Position numbers and translations under genes: made by a program. Below the pieces are notes generated by a model. That model was not told where the DNA came from, ran no database searches, and saw only the letters and a list, made by a program, of their open reading frames with translations. From Octopus vulgaris (Eukaryota), in NCBI GenBank assembly GCA_951406725.2, contig OX597830.1:20336001-20400000 (forward strand): a stretch of DNA of 64,000 nucleotides, given 5' to 3'. This document shows, one piece after another, positions 41,430-57,965 of the stretch (the first letter of the stretch is position 1; each line of letters begins with the position of its first letter).

Positions 41430-42522
41430 AATCCTTTTTATTATAGGCACAAGGTCTGAAATTTTGGGGGAAAAGACTAGTCGATTACATTGACCCCAAT
41501 GTTTCACTGGTACTTAATTTATTGACACCGAAAGGATGAAAGGCAAAGTCGACCTCGGCGGAGTAAGTGTTACTAATAATAAAATATTTTAAACAGACCT
41601 TCGAGGTGAACCGGCGTGGCGGTGTGGTAAGAAGCTTGCTTGGTGTTCGATCATATGATAATATAAATATATAAATATATGCATATATACATACATATAT
41701 GTACATACCTACATATATATGTACATATACATGCATATATGGGTACTGACATAAAAAAAACGAAGACAAAATTTGAAACGAGAACATAAAAAAACTGAAA
41801 GAAGTCCGTTGTATATATGTGTATGTGTCTGTGTGCGTGTGTACCTATGTGTATGTGTCTTCCTGTCTGTGTTTGTCCCTGCCCATCACCGCTTGACAAC
41901 CGGTGTTGGTGTGTTTACGTCCCCGTAACTTAGTAGTTCGGCAAAACGAGACCGATAGAATAAGTACCAGTCTTACAAAGAATAAGTCCTGGGGCCGATT
42001 TCTTCGAATAAAAAAAGAACCTTTAAGGTAGTGCTCCTGCATGGCGGCAGTCAAATGATTAAAACAAGTAAAAGAGTTAAAGAATAAAATTATTACAGTC
42101 TTTTAACATAAACTTACGGACAATTGCTCAGAGGACTTTGTCAGTTATATGGGGAGGTCACATAATCCCCCTATACATCCTTCCTCTAGCATGCAAAACC
42201 CACACTTGATATGTGTCTTACATTATTTAAAAGCTGTGTTACCTTTAAGAAACATTTTTTAATTATCTAAATGAAAGTTCTCCCATGGCTGTACGGTTGC
42301 TTTCCAACCACACGGTCCCAGGTTCAGTCCCACTCCATGGCACTTTGGGCAAGTATCTACTACTATAGCCTCGTGCTCACAATCCTTGTGAGTAGATTTG
42401 GTAGACGGAAACTGAAAGAAGCCCGTCGTATATATGTATATGTGTGTGTGTGTTTGTGTGTCTGTGTTTGTCTCCCCAACATCGCTTGACAACCAATGCT
42501 GGTGTGTTTACGTCACCGTAAC
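41430..42522. mobile_element. SINE cluster: family A fragment (41430-41562, -), family B (41612-42080, +), family B 5' part (42285-42522, +)
   Basis: Family-diagnostic motifs as above. Confidence 0.85.
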
Positions 42523-43039
42523 TCTTTTTTTTTAATTACAAATTCTTTAATCACATCCTCACTATGACATCATGAACACTTCAGAATTATATTTCCGATC
42601 ATATAAACCACTTCGAAGACTATTTTAGCAAGTTTAAATTTATTTCTTTTGTGCCGTAAACCGTTTACTATTTTTGTGGTGCCCTGCTTCCCTTGATGTC
42701 ATAAGCACGTTCATATTTTGCTTAATGGTTTATCCAACGTTGCTTTCAATAAGTGTATAACGAAACATGATAAATTTTTTTTTATTTTACTTCTAGCGGC
42801 GGGTCTTATGTGAGAATACACCCACAAATACGGCAAGACGTCGCCTTTTCTACACACATTCACCCTTATTTTCTAAAATACCCAGATACTCTACCACTCG
42901 GAAACGGTTAGTCAATAGAAGCGATCGATGGTTCGATAGAAGGGTTCGGTAAGTTCTATCTAACAGACCAGAACGATTTCTTTTTAAAATGATTTAGTCA
43001 GGAGGGAAGGGCTCTACTCATGTCCCTTTATAGGGTTTC

Positions 43040-43470
43040 TGAGATTGATGTGAAGGGGAAAGGCAGGGATGGGGGGGACTTAAGGGGATGCAAGGAGAAG
43101 CAGGAAAGCAGGAGAGGAAGAGTGGAAGGTAGGAGGTAGGAGGAAGGAAGATAATAGGAGGGAGGGAGGTAAGAAGAGGGAGGGAGGAAGGTAAGAAGAG
43201 GGAGGAAGATAGTGGTGGGGATGTTGAAGAAGGCAGGGGATGGAGCCAGGGAGATTGAAGCAAAGGGAAGGAGGCGGGGTAGGGAGGCACGGGGGGAGGA
43301 AATCAGGGTGAGGGTAGAAGGCTGAAAGAGGAGGAGGGGGAGAAAGGTGGGAAAGGAAGGCAGAGGGGTGAAGGGAGGCAGGGGATGAAATTAGTGATGG
43401 CAAGGATGAAATCATGGAAGGGAAGCAGGGGAGGAAGGCAGGAAGATAAGGGTGGGAGAAAGGCAGGTGG
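43040..43470. repeat. Purine-rich (GGA/GGGA) low-complexity tract
   Basis: Nearly pure G/A on the plus strand. Confidence 0.85.
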
Positions 43471-44037
43471 AAGATAAGCTGAGGCCCATGACCTGGCCCG
43501 AATGCCTGCAATACAGTGGTCTCCACTACAGTTACCCAAAGTTTTCAGGAAATGGGGCAAAGTTGGGTAACGAAATGAATGTATTCTTCTCGGAGGCTAC
43601 GACACGGTTTGAATTCGGAACACAGAGAGCTTCAACCATGGGGCCTTTCGCCATAATAATCCTACAAACCAATCACGAACTGCTAGAGATAGTAGGCAAA
43701 TATCCTTCATAAGAAGAAGGACACGCACTGGGGACAATTATCGGAATTACATATCTGAAGAATGGTGCAATATTGGATAAGACACAACTGGAGCAATCTT
43801 TGATTGTGTCTCTTGAATTACATACATACATACATGCATACATACGTACGTATGTACATACAGGAATACCGTAAAAACTCATGTAATTTGCACACCTGTG
43901 TAATTTACGCAGGTGATTTTCAGGATAAAATTTGTTAAAAAACAACTTCTACTCATGTAACATTCGCACCCAAAAGTTTTCAGAATTGCCGATATAGCTA
44001 GGGTAAAAAGGTTTTCAATTTAGTTGTATTTAGCATA

Positions 44038-44420
44038 GGAGGCGCAATGGCCCAGTGGTTAGGGCAGTGGACTCGCGGTCATAGGATCGCGGTTTCGATT
44101 CCCAGACCGGGCGTTGTGAGTGTTTATTGAGCGAAAACACCTAAAGCTCCACGAGGCACCGGCAGGGGATGGTGGTGATCCCTGCTGTACTCTTTCACCA
44201 CAACTTTCTCTCACTTTTACTTCCTGTTTCTGTTGTACCTGTATTTCAAAGGGCCGGCCTTGTCACTCTCTGTGTCACGCTGAGTATCCCCGAGAACTAC
44301 GTTAAGGGTGCACGTGTCTGTGGAGTGCTCAGCCACTTACACGTTGATTTCACGAGCAGGCTGTTCCGTTGATTCGGATCAACCGGAACCCTCATCGTCG
44401 TAACCGACGGGTGGCTTCCA
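44038..44420 (+). mobile_element. tRNA-derived SINE (family C-SINE), full length with TSD
   Basis: A/B-box head ggaggcgcaatggcccagtggttagggc...ggtttcgattccc; flanked by atttagcata on both sides. Confidence 0.93.
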
Positions 44421-44859
44421 TCCATTTAGCATAATTTCACTTACTTATGATTAGATTTTATTAAATTTTCATTAAATAAAAATAATTTCTGTTTAACTGG
44501 TATCACATTGAAAGCTATTAAATTACAAAATGTTTGTATTGTTTATAATGAACTTTATTTATATTTCTTGCCTACAAGAGATTATGTCTGATCTTTAGCT
44601 TACTGCTGTATGTCTTCTCAAATCACGATCACAGGAAAAGTTATTGATAAGAATTACCAACAAAAACCAAAGCTGATAAATACGCACAGGTGTTGCAAAT
44701 TAACATATTCATGCAGAAGTGGCTGTGTAGTAAGAAGCTTGCTTCCCAATACAATAGTTCCGGGTTCAGTCCCACCGCGTGGAACCTTGGGCAAGTGTCT
44801 TCTATTATGTTTGGAAAAATTCTACTTTTGGCAAAATTTGTTTGTCCAAAATTTGAAAC

Positions 44860-44899
<40 letters not shown>

Positions 44900-44921
44900 G
44901 TTCTTATTACTATTATTATTA

Positions 44922-45000
<79 letters not shown>

Positions 45001-45187
45001 CTATTGTCTTTGTACAGCTTCTAACGCTGGAGATGTACTACGATGCAAACTGCTCACTATCAGCGAACTAATGTAACACCCCTTATTTTTCGAGCACCAT
45101 CTGGAGTATTCGAGCGGTTCCAAGCAGTGCTGTTTTCTGCAAGTGCTCCACCCTTATTGCACCCCCTATTGGTTCCATGTACTTCTC
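45001..45187 (-). mobile_element. 5'-truncated R4/Dong-clade non-LTR retrotransposon in (TAA)n
   Basis: Encodes EKYMEPIGGAIRVEHLQKTALLGTARILQMVLEK* (stop 45083-45085), the LQK.ALLGTA.ILR.VL C-terminus typical of R4/Dong; 3' end runs into (TAA)n. Confidence 0.85.
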
Positions 45188-45429
45188 AAATCACAATCGC
45201 AGGAAAGGATATTGATAAGAATTACCAACAAAAAAAAAAGCTGATAAATACGCACAGGTGTTGCAAATTAACATATTCATGCAGTAGTGTCTGGGTGTAG
45301 TAATGAAGCTTCCTTCCCAACACAATAGTTCCGGGTTCAGTCCCACCGCGTGGAACCTTGGGCAAGTGTCTTCTATTATGTGTGGGAAAATTCTACTTGT
45401 GGCAAAATTTGTTTGTCAAAATTTGAAGC

Positions 45430-45511
<82 letters not shown>

Positions 45512-45551
45512 TACAGAATTGTAAAATCGGCAGCGCTTATCAAATCATCAT

Positions 45552-45780
45552 CGTAGCGTCGGGTTAACAATCACGAGATTGTAAGTTCGATTCTTGGACA
45601 GGGCTGTGTGTTGTGTTCTTGAGCAAGACACTTTATTTCACGTTGCTCCAGCTCACTCAGCTGGCATGCATGGACGACTGCTGGTCTTCTAAAAACTATC
45701 CTGGCCGGACTTGTGCCTCATAGGGTAACTTTCTAGGCGTAATCCATGGTCATACGAACCCCAAAGGGGGTTCGTAACCT
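45552..45780 (+). mobile_element. Internally deleted SINE family D
   Basis: aagttcgattcttggacagggctgtgtgttgtgttcttgagcaagacactttatttcacgttgctccag; homologous to 54386-54712. Confidence 0.8.
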
Positions 45781-45808
45781 TTTATATATAATTATGTATA
45801 TATACATA

Positions 45809-45851
<43 letters not shown>

Positions 45852-45880
45852 GTGTGTATATATATATATAGAGAGAGAGA

Positions 45881-45956
<76 letters not shown>

Positions 45957-45958
<2 letters not shown>

Positions 45959-46116
45959 GGAGTAAACACATAAATGTGAAACAAAGTGGAAAAGAGAGTA
46001 CTCAAATACCAGTGGTAGAGTAATATGCTTTATTTAAAGCAGCAGAAAATTCAACAAAACCTGTTACTCTGAGTTTCCCGTTGCCGTTCATCGGATAGTT
46101 TTTGCTAGCAAAAACT
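45957..46116 (-). mobile_element. Family C hammerhead-bearing short element
   Basis: Minus 46102-46056: aaaactat CCGATGA acg gcaa cgg GAAA ctc a gag TA acag gtttt; starts at (TA)n. Confidence 0.8.
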
Positions 46117-46149
46117 GAAGCTCTGAAAAAAGAAATTTATTCTGATTTT

Positions 46150-46953
46150 ATTTCACACAGATTAACTACCCGACTTAACCTTATACGAATTTCAGATGAG
46201 TTTGAAACTGGTGTAACTGTTTCTAATGTCCAGAAGAAACCTTCCGGACGACTGCGGACATCGATACCCGTCACAACCGGAAACGTATTGCCGAAGTTCA
46301 TGAAAATTTGTGCAGCAAGTGAATCGAAAGATAGAAAGTTCCAAATCAAGCGGCCATCATATTTTGAAGCAGTGTCATCCGAAAAGTTGCATTCCAAGAA
46401 TAGTCCATGCTCTCAATGAAGATGTAGTGGAAATATAGTCAGTACAAGGTGTTGATGTGGCTTCGTGTATGTTATTACAAGAGTTCATAAAGAGATGAAA
46501 GACTAAATTCAAGATCTATGTATTTACTACGTAAAAATATTTTTTATTTACTGATCGATAATGATACATAGAATCAATATGTAGAATCTAGTTGTCTGAA
46601 GTAATCTATGCAAGAAAGTTCAGAGATAGAAAATATAGAAATAACAGCTAAGTGGTGGTTTTCAGTCATGTGGCGTAGAGAAAAAGACGGACATAGCAAC
46701 GACATATATGGCTCTAAGTCTAATCGACTAAGAATCGAAGAACAGGGTTAGCAAACTATTTTTATCAATAGAACGTTAGAGATTCTAGAAACTCCCAAGA
46801 GTAAAGCTAAGCTTCTTGAATAATTAAAAATCACGTCTCATGACAGAGATGCTTCGAGAAACTTAGGAAGGAGGTTACTCTATAATCTTTCTTGCAAGGG
46901 AGATCAATCAACTATTTAGCTTCGTAGACTACGATGATGATCCGGAGTGAAGA

Positions 46954-46956
<3 letters not shown>
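46150..46956 (+). pseudogene. Tc1/mariner-superfamily (DUF4817-type) transposase relic, N-terminal part, split by a solo LTR
   Basis: RISDEFETGVTVSNVQKKPSGRLRTS ... HILKQCHPKSCIPRIVHALNE | insertion | DDPE*RV. Confidence 0.75.
46423..46933. mobile_element. Putative solo LTR (511 bp)
   Basis: Termini TGTAGT...ACTAC(G), imperfect 4-bp TSD aaga/atga; removing it restores the transposase motif LNEDDP.RRV. Confidence 0.6.
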
Positions 46957-47007
<51 letters not shown>

Positions 47008-47568
47008 AAATTAGTAATGCAATACTAGAGTATTGCTTTCCAGTAAAGAATAGCCCGTGAGGGAAAATTATACAATGAAGTAAATATATGGCACAACGAA
47101 GTACCGATATTTACTGGAAATAGCGAACGTAATAATACGACGCTAATGTATAGCTTCACCGCGTATGTACTAGCAAAAATGCGTGAGTGTAACAAACTTG
47201 AAAAAATTGTCTTACCTCCAGGGAGAACATCTGAAAGATGAAAAACCTAGAAAAGGATAATGTGGGACCGGAGCCGGTTTCAGATTTTTCAAGATATGCC
47301 TGCACATATATACTTGATCTATCTTCATCAGCCAAACATATACCACGACAACATTTCAGATGTTACCACATTAATGCCAATACACTCGACTGAAACGCCG
47401 AAACGCTAACAGAACGAGAACGGTGAAGAAGTTTCAATAAATTAGTAATGCAATACTAGAGTATTACTTTCCAGTAAAGAATAGCCCGTGAAGGAAAATT
47501 ATACAAAGAAGTAAATATATGGCACAACGAAGTACCGATATTTACTGGAAATAGCGAAGGTAATAATA
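47008..47568 (-). mobile_element. Hammerhead-containing 431-bp unit with 130-bp terminal direct repeat (retrozyme/pLTR-like)
   Basis: 47008-47137 repeated at 47439-47568 (4 mismatches counted by eye); bounded by (TA)n and TA-rich sequence. Confidence 0.85.
47260..47339 (-). ncRNA. Type I hammerhead ribozyme, canonical core
   Basis: atg tt tgg CUGAUGA agau-[hairpin ucaag..cuuga]-aucu GAAA ccgg cu ccgg UC cca cau; all three stems pair; GUC triplet with predicted cut after 47266. Confidence 0.85.
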
Positions 47569-47649
47569 AATTTCTTTATATATATGTATACATACATATC
47601 AGTCTTGTCAGTCTGGCCATGGTTTCTCTTTTTACAATGAAAAAACACT

Positions 47650-47781
47650 TGCGATGAAATGAGTTGTGACTATTAATTGAGTCGTTTAATTTCAATGTAG
47701 CCTCATCACTCCAAACGATCTTTGTTGGAAAGTGTGCATCTTCTAAGCATCTTGCGTGTGCCACTCTCAAAACTCCACTCT
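47650..47781 (-). pseudogene. Continuation of the DUF4817-type transposase in inverted orientation
   Basis: RVEF*EW / [31 protein letters not shown] (first catalytic Asp in WSDEA). Confidence 0.8.
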
Positions 47782-47998
47782 CTTTACTAGTTTCATTTTG
47801 TCTCTTTGTTTTCTATCCGTGTTGATATATGGAAAATTAAGGTGGTTTTAAGGTCAGATCATGGCTGCTATTTTCAGCATGGTGGTATCTCGTAGATACC
47901 CTAATCTATAATTTTAATAATTATTACCTTTAAAGGTTATTTTTTCCATCCTGACCACTTGATAAAATCATTATTTTATTTTAAATTAACGATCTTAT

Positions 47999-52600
<4,602 letters not shown>

Positions 52601-52874
52601 CACTCATAAGGACGTCAGTAGATACGAGGACAACTACAGCAGCAACAACATAGATAGCAACATAAACAACAAGAAAAATATCTGGATGGTATCCCCCTAA
52701 TTTTGCCTTGCCCCTACTCTCCCCCTCCCCCGCCGCTCAGCCATCCCTTCCCTCTGTTCTGTGCAATGGCGGCAGCAAGCACAGAATAAGTCGGCCGCGA
52801 AGATCATAAAACTAATTTGGTTAGTAGTGAAATAGCTAATATGGTGGTTGCCGATACACACACGCGCGCACACA

Positions 52875-52928
<54 letters not shown>

Positions 52929-52933
52929 CACGT

Positions 52934-52974
<41 letters not shown>

Positions 52975-52983
52975 TGCACACGT

Positions 52984-53024
<41 letters not shown>

Positions 53025-53256
53025 TGCACACAAACTGGTACACATATACATAGACGCATATACTGATATACAAGCACATGCGTGTACAAATGCATATAAG
53101 CTAACACACACACACACACACACACACACATGCACACACACATATATATATATATCGCACGTACGCATGCATACGCTCTGCAACATACGCGTGCGTGCAT
53201 AAAAGCGTGCACGCGTACAGGCATGCAACTCAATGGATTGCTATGAATGTGCGCGC

Positions 53257-53305
<49 letters not shown>

Positions 53306-53746
53306 ATTTAAACGGTTGATTGAATTCGGGGAACACAATCAAGAGGCTCGTATCTATTTATATATCTATCCATCTATCCAACTGTTTGTATCAATCAATC
53401 TCTATATTTATCAATCAGTCAATCAATTGACCAATCAATCAATCAATCTATTTATCCATCTATCGTTCTACCGATGTATCTAGCTATATATCCATCTCTT
53501 TCACTCACTCTCTCTCTCTCTCTCTTTCTCTGTCAGTCTATCTGTCTAGCTTTCTATTTGTCCGTCTCTCTACCCGTCTCTCTCTCTCTTTTTCTCTCTC
53601 TATCTATCTAACTTGCTCTCTTATCGCTCTGTCTGTCGATTTGTTAGTTTCTGTCTACTTATATAACCATCTAGTTATCAAACTATCTTTCTGTCTGTCT
53701 GTTCGTCTGTCTACTTCTGTTTTAGTCTGTATATCTAACCATCTGG

Positions 53747-53822
<76 letters not shown>

Positions 53823-53984
53823 TTATCTATCTGTCTGTCTGTCTGTCTGTCTATCTATCAATTTAGCTGTCTATCTAATCATTCTCTCTCTCTCTCTCGC
53901 TATATATACACACACATATGTCTGTCGTCTGTCTTTTTATCTATTTACCTATCTATCTGTCTGAGTGTCACTCACACTCTTTCG

Positions 53985-54040
<56 letters not shown>

Positions 54041-54094
54041 TATACATACATACATACATACATACATACATACATACATACATACATACATACA

Positions 54095-54187
<93 letters not shown>

Positions 54188-54197
54188 GTTTTCCCGA

Positions 54198-54261
54198 TGG
54201 CCGGATAACTGAAGAGATGGTGGTGTGGATTTCTCCGAAACTCAGAGTTTTATCTTGGCTA
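54198..54261 (+). ncRNA. Type I hammerhead-like motif (family G copy 1; stem II partly deleted)
   Basis: tggcc ggataa CTGAAGA ...cc GAAA ctc a gag TT ttatct tggcta, within a short element 54187-54360 next to (TA)n. Confidence 0.6.
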
Positions 54262-54385
54262 CCGAATAATTGTCACATATTACTTTTACAGATAAATTCC
54301 TCTATTTACATAAAATTGAGGTCTCTTTCTTTCTTTTATTATCTTACCGTTTTTACCAATATATATGTGTGTGTGTGTGTGTATA

Positions 54386-54712
54386 AAGATCCACCTTCGG
54401 TTATAAATGGCCGTGGATTGCGCCTAGAAAGTTCCCCTCCAAGGCACAAGTCCGGGCAAGGTCGTTTATGGAAGACCAACAGTTGCCCATGCATACCAGC
54501 CTCCCCTCTCCAAACCACTGATGTTATCCAAGGGAAAGGTAAAGGCCGATACAGCTTGACACCAGTGACGTCACAACTCATTTCTACAGCTGAGTGAACT
54601 GGAGCAACATGAAATGAAGTGTCTTGCTCAAGAAGACAACATACAGCCCAGTCCGGGAATCGAACTCACTACCTCGTGTTTGTGAGCTCAATGATCTGAC
54701 CACTGATCCATA
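54386..54712 (-). mobile_element. tRNA-derived SINE family D
   Basis: Minus head tggatcagtggtcag...gagttcgattcccggac; body ttgagcaagacac...cagttcactcagctgtagaaatgagt. Confidence 0.85.
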
Positions 54713-55248
54713 TACGTTAACACACACACACACATAGAGTCATAGATGGATATATATATATATACATATATATATATATGTGTGTGTGTGTGTGTATACA
54801 GTGATAGGGAGAGAGAGAGGGCGAGAAAGAGAGAGAAGGAATGAATTAAATAGTTTTATATATCTTGTTGATAGTGTATAAAGTATATTATATATAATTG
54901 TGTGTACTTGTGTGTATGTGCTTGTGTATGCGTGTGTATGCGTGTGTATGTGTGTATAGGTATGTATTCATATTGCATCCAGGCAATGAGATTCATGTAT
55001 ATACACATTAATTTATACTCCTGTAAACACGCTCACACGGACTCAACCTATGCATTCATACACAAACATGCACACACATAGACAGATCAAGAAACCGATA
55101 GATAACTAGACTGATAGATAGATAAATACATAGACAGAGAGAGAGAGAGAGAAAGGGAGAGAGAGAGAGACACACACGCGCGCACACACACATACATATA
55201 TATGTGTGCGTGTGCATATAACTATATCAATATCTATATCCATATATG

Positions 55249-55324
<76 letters not shown>

Positions 55325-55435
55325 TATACCTTAATTAGCGGTCATTCGAATAGCGCTTTTGTCTAAATAGCGTCAATAACACAGTAATTTCTCTTTGTAT
55401 AACGGTCTTTTTTTCATAGCGTATTTCCGATGGTG

Positions 55436-55498
55436 AGATAACCGAAGAGATGGTGTTGTGGATTTCCACCTCGGCATCCGAAACTCAGAGTTTTATCT
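55436..55498 (+). ncRNA. Type I hammerhead-like motif (family G copy 2)
   Basis: agataa CCGAAGA gatg..gtgg attt ccac..catc c GAAA ctc a gag TT ttatct, within a short element 55330-55532. Confidence 0.6.
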
Positions 55499-55545
55499 TG
55501 GCTACCGAATAATTGTCACATATTACTTTTACACACATATATATA

Positions 55546-55724
55546 TGTGCAGGTGGCACGTAAAAAGCACCCACTACACTCGCGGAGTGGTTGGCGTTAG
55601 GAAGGGCATCCAGCTGTAGAAACACTGCCAGATCAGACTGGAGCCTGGGGCAGCCCCTGGCTCCCCAGACCCCGGTCGAACCGTCCAACCCGTGCTAGCG
55701 CGGAAAACGGACGTTAAACGATGA

Positions 55725-55728
<4 letters not shown>
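55546..55728 (+). mobile_element. 3' part of an RTE-related SINE
   Basis: gttggcgttaggaagggcatccagctgtagaaac body and ggaaaacggacgttaaacgatgatgat tail. Confidence 0.8.
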
Positions 55729-55782
<54 letters not shown>

Positions 55783-55856
55783 TATATATATATACATACA
55801 CACATACATACATACATACATACATACATACATACATACATACATACATACATACA

Positions 55857-55892
<36 letters not shown>

Positions 55893-56204
55893 TACAGAAA
55901 TATGTAATTATATATAATATATATACACACAAACATATACATACATATATATATATATCTTTATATATATATATATATATATCACGTGATCGCGTGATCG
56001 ACCAGACCATCAGATGTTGCTACACATCGTAAGTAATGATCTGACTATATTTCTAGTTTGTAAACGCTTTAACAGTATTTTAGAATGCCTAATCGTAACA
56101 AGCAATATCTGCATGTATTTGGATATATTTAAAGTAATTAAATTTCATTTTGCAAGATAATTTATTTGAATATTTCACTAATTATAGCTCTTCAAACTCA
56201 GATC

Positions 56205-56300
56205 AGATTTTGGTGAAGAATGGTTGAATGAAAGAACTTGCAGAAGATGGTTTGGAAAATTCAGAAGTGGAAAATTTAGCGTTGAAGATGAGACCCGAAC
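56205..56300 (+). mobile_element. Mariner fragment related to 17544-18829
   Basis: FGEEWLNERTCRRWFGKFRSGKFSVEDE. Confidence 0.75.
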
Positions 56301-56416
56301 AGCTATTTGGTCTTGATTCCAGCTATGTAGATACTCTAACAACGACTTCGAGTAGTTGTTGTAGTTGACTCAAATCGGATATTTTGGTACCGTATACCGC
56401 TTCTAAGCACAACACG

Positions 56417-56463
<47 letters not shown>

Positions 56464-57248
56464 CAAATTTGTTGTTGAAAATGCACATAGATTTGAAAAC
56501 CTCGTAATTGTTTAAAATAAATTTATTTAACATATATACCAAACTAGTTTCAACAAAATATATTGTTTATCAATGGTAGAAATTTAGAATTATGAATTAG
56601 AAAAACATGTTTAAAAATTTCGATGTTGACAAGTTTAAATGTTCATAACAGTCAATAAAATTAAAACTGTGCATCAACTTGTTTAAATGTACAAACCTCA
56701 TTAGTGTTAGTAGCGATCAACAAGAAATGAATATCATCAAATTTTCAGTTCTACTGATTTAAGGAGGAAAAACAAGGAAGAAATGAGGATAGTAAAAAAT
56801 GGGATTTAGTTAGTTAGTTAGTTAGTTAGTTAATTTGGCTCAGTTTCTCTTATCCTCCTTCCGTCGTGTATATGTGTTTTTATATGCAGATAACAGTGTA
56901 GGTTTACATAATTTAACAAACACATCATTGCAGATAATACTTTCCCAAGACACTATGCAGATTGATTGCGCCCGTAACAGCATGGGGTGAAGTAGATTTC
57001 TCAATCACGTGGTTTTGCTTGCATCTTTGTAACACCAGACCTATCAGACCTACAGTGCTTCACTTGTAATTCAGTTAGTTTATTTAATTGACCACTTCGG
57101 TGTCCAATTTGTTTGCTTAGAAACTATTACAGACAAATAAATAAATAAAATAAATAAATAAAAGGGAAGATATTTTAAAATATTTTCGGGCCGACCAAAG
57201 CCTTCTGAGTGGATTTGATAGGCGGAAACTGAAAACAGCCCGTAGTAA

Positions 57249-57312
<64 letters not shown>

Positions 57313-57314
<2 letters not shown>

Positions 57315-57620
57315 CGGGAAGCTTTATGAAAATAGACAAAAGACGAAGGCAGGTGGAAAACAAACAAACAATTGTATTAGTATGGTGCTCAGGAAATATA
57401 AATAAAACAAGTCTTTAACGTTTCGAGCCTACTCTCTTCAACAGAAAGATACACAGAGAGAAAAAAAAACACAGAAAGAAGGAGAGAAAAAAATGCGTGC
57501 AGTAACTAACGAATCAACATGGCGATCTGATTTCGGCCAGAGGTCAAAGATCAAACATGAGACGCGAGAGCGAAATAAGGGGAGATAATAGGGTTGATAA
57601 TAGGGTTGAATGACCAGCTA
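57313..57620 (-). mobile_element. Family H short element with minimal hammerhead-like motif (57411-57449)
   Basis: tcttt CTGTTGA a gag agtagg ctc GAAA cg TT aaaga; 3' end joins (TA)n. Confidence 0.65.
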
Positions 57621-57625
57621 TTAAG

Positions 57626-57965
57626 GCGTAGGAGAGGTCTGGACGTGTGTATGTATAGGGTTGGTGTATGTATTAGTATGTATTAGTATGTATAAGGGTG
57701 TGTGTGTGTGTGTGTATGAGAGAGTATTAGTGCGTAGGATAGGTCTGGACGTGCGTATGTATGGGGTTGGTGTATGTATTAGTATGTATTAGTATGTATT
57801 AGTACGTATTAGTATGTATAAGTGTGTGTGTGTGTGTGTATGAGAGAGTATAAGTGCGTATGAGGGGTCTGGACGTGTGTATGTATAGGGTTGGTGTATG
57901 TATTAGTATGTATTAGTATGTATTAGTACGTATTAGTATGTATTAGTTGGTGTATGTATTAGTAT
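57626..57965. repeat. Minisatellite, ~3 units of 106-124 bp with internal (gtattagtat)n
   Basis: gcgta.ga..ggtctggacgtg starts at 57626, 57732 and 57856. Confidence 0.9.

Noticed and set aside
44038-44112. tRNA gene
   Set aside because: A/B boxes are present but continue into a SINE body, are multicopy and are flanked by a TSD; this is a SINE head, not a tRNA.
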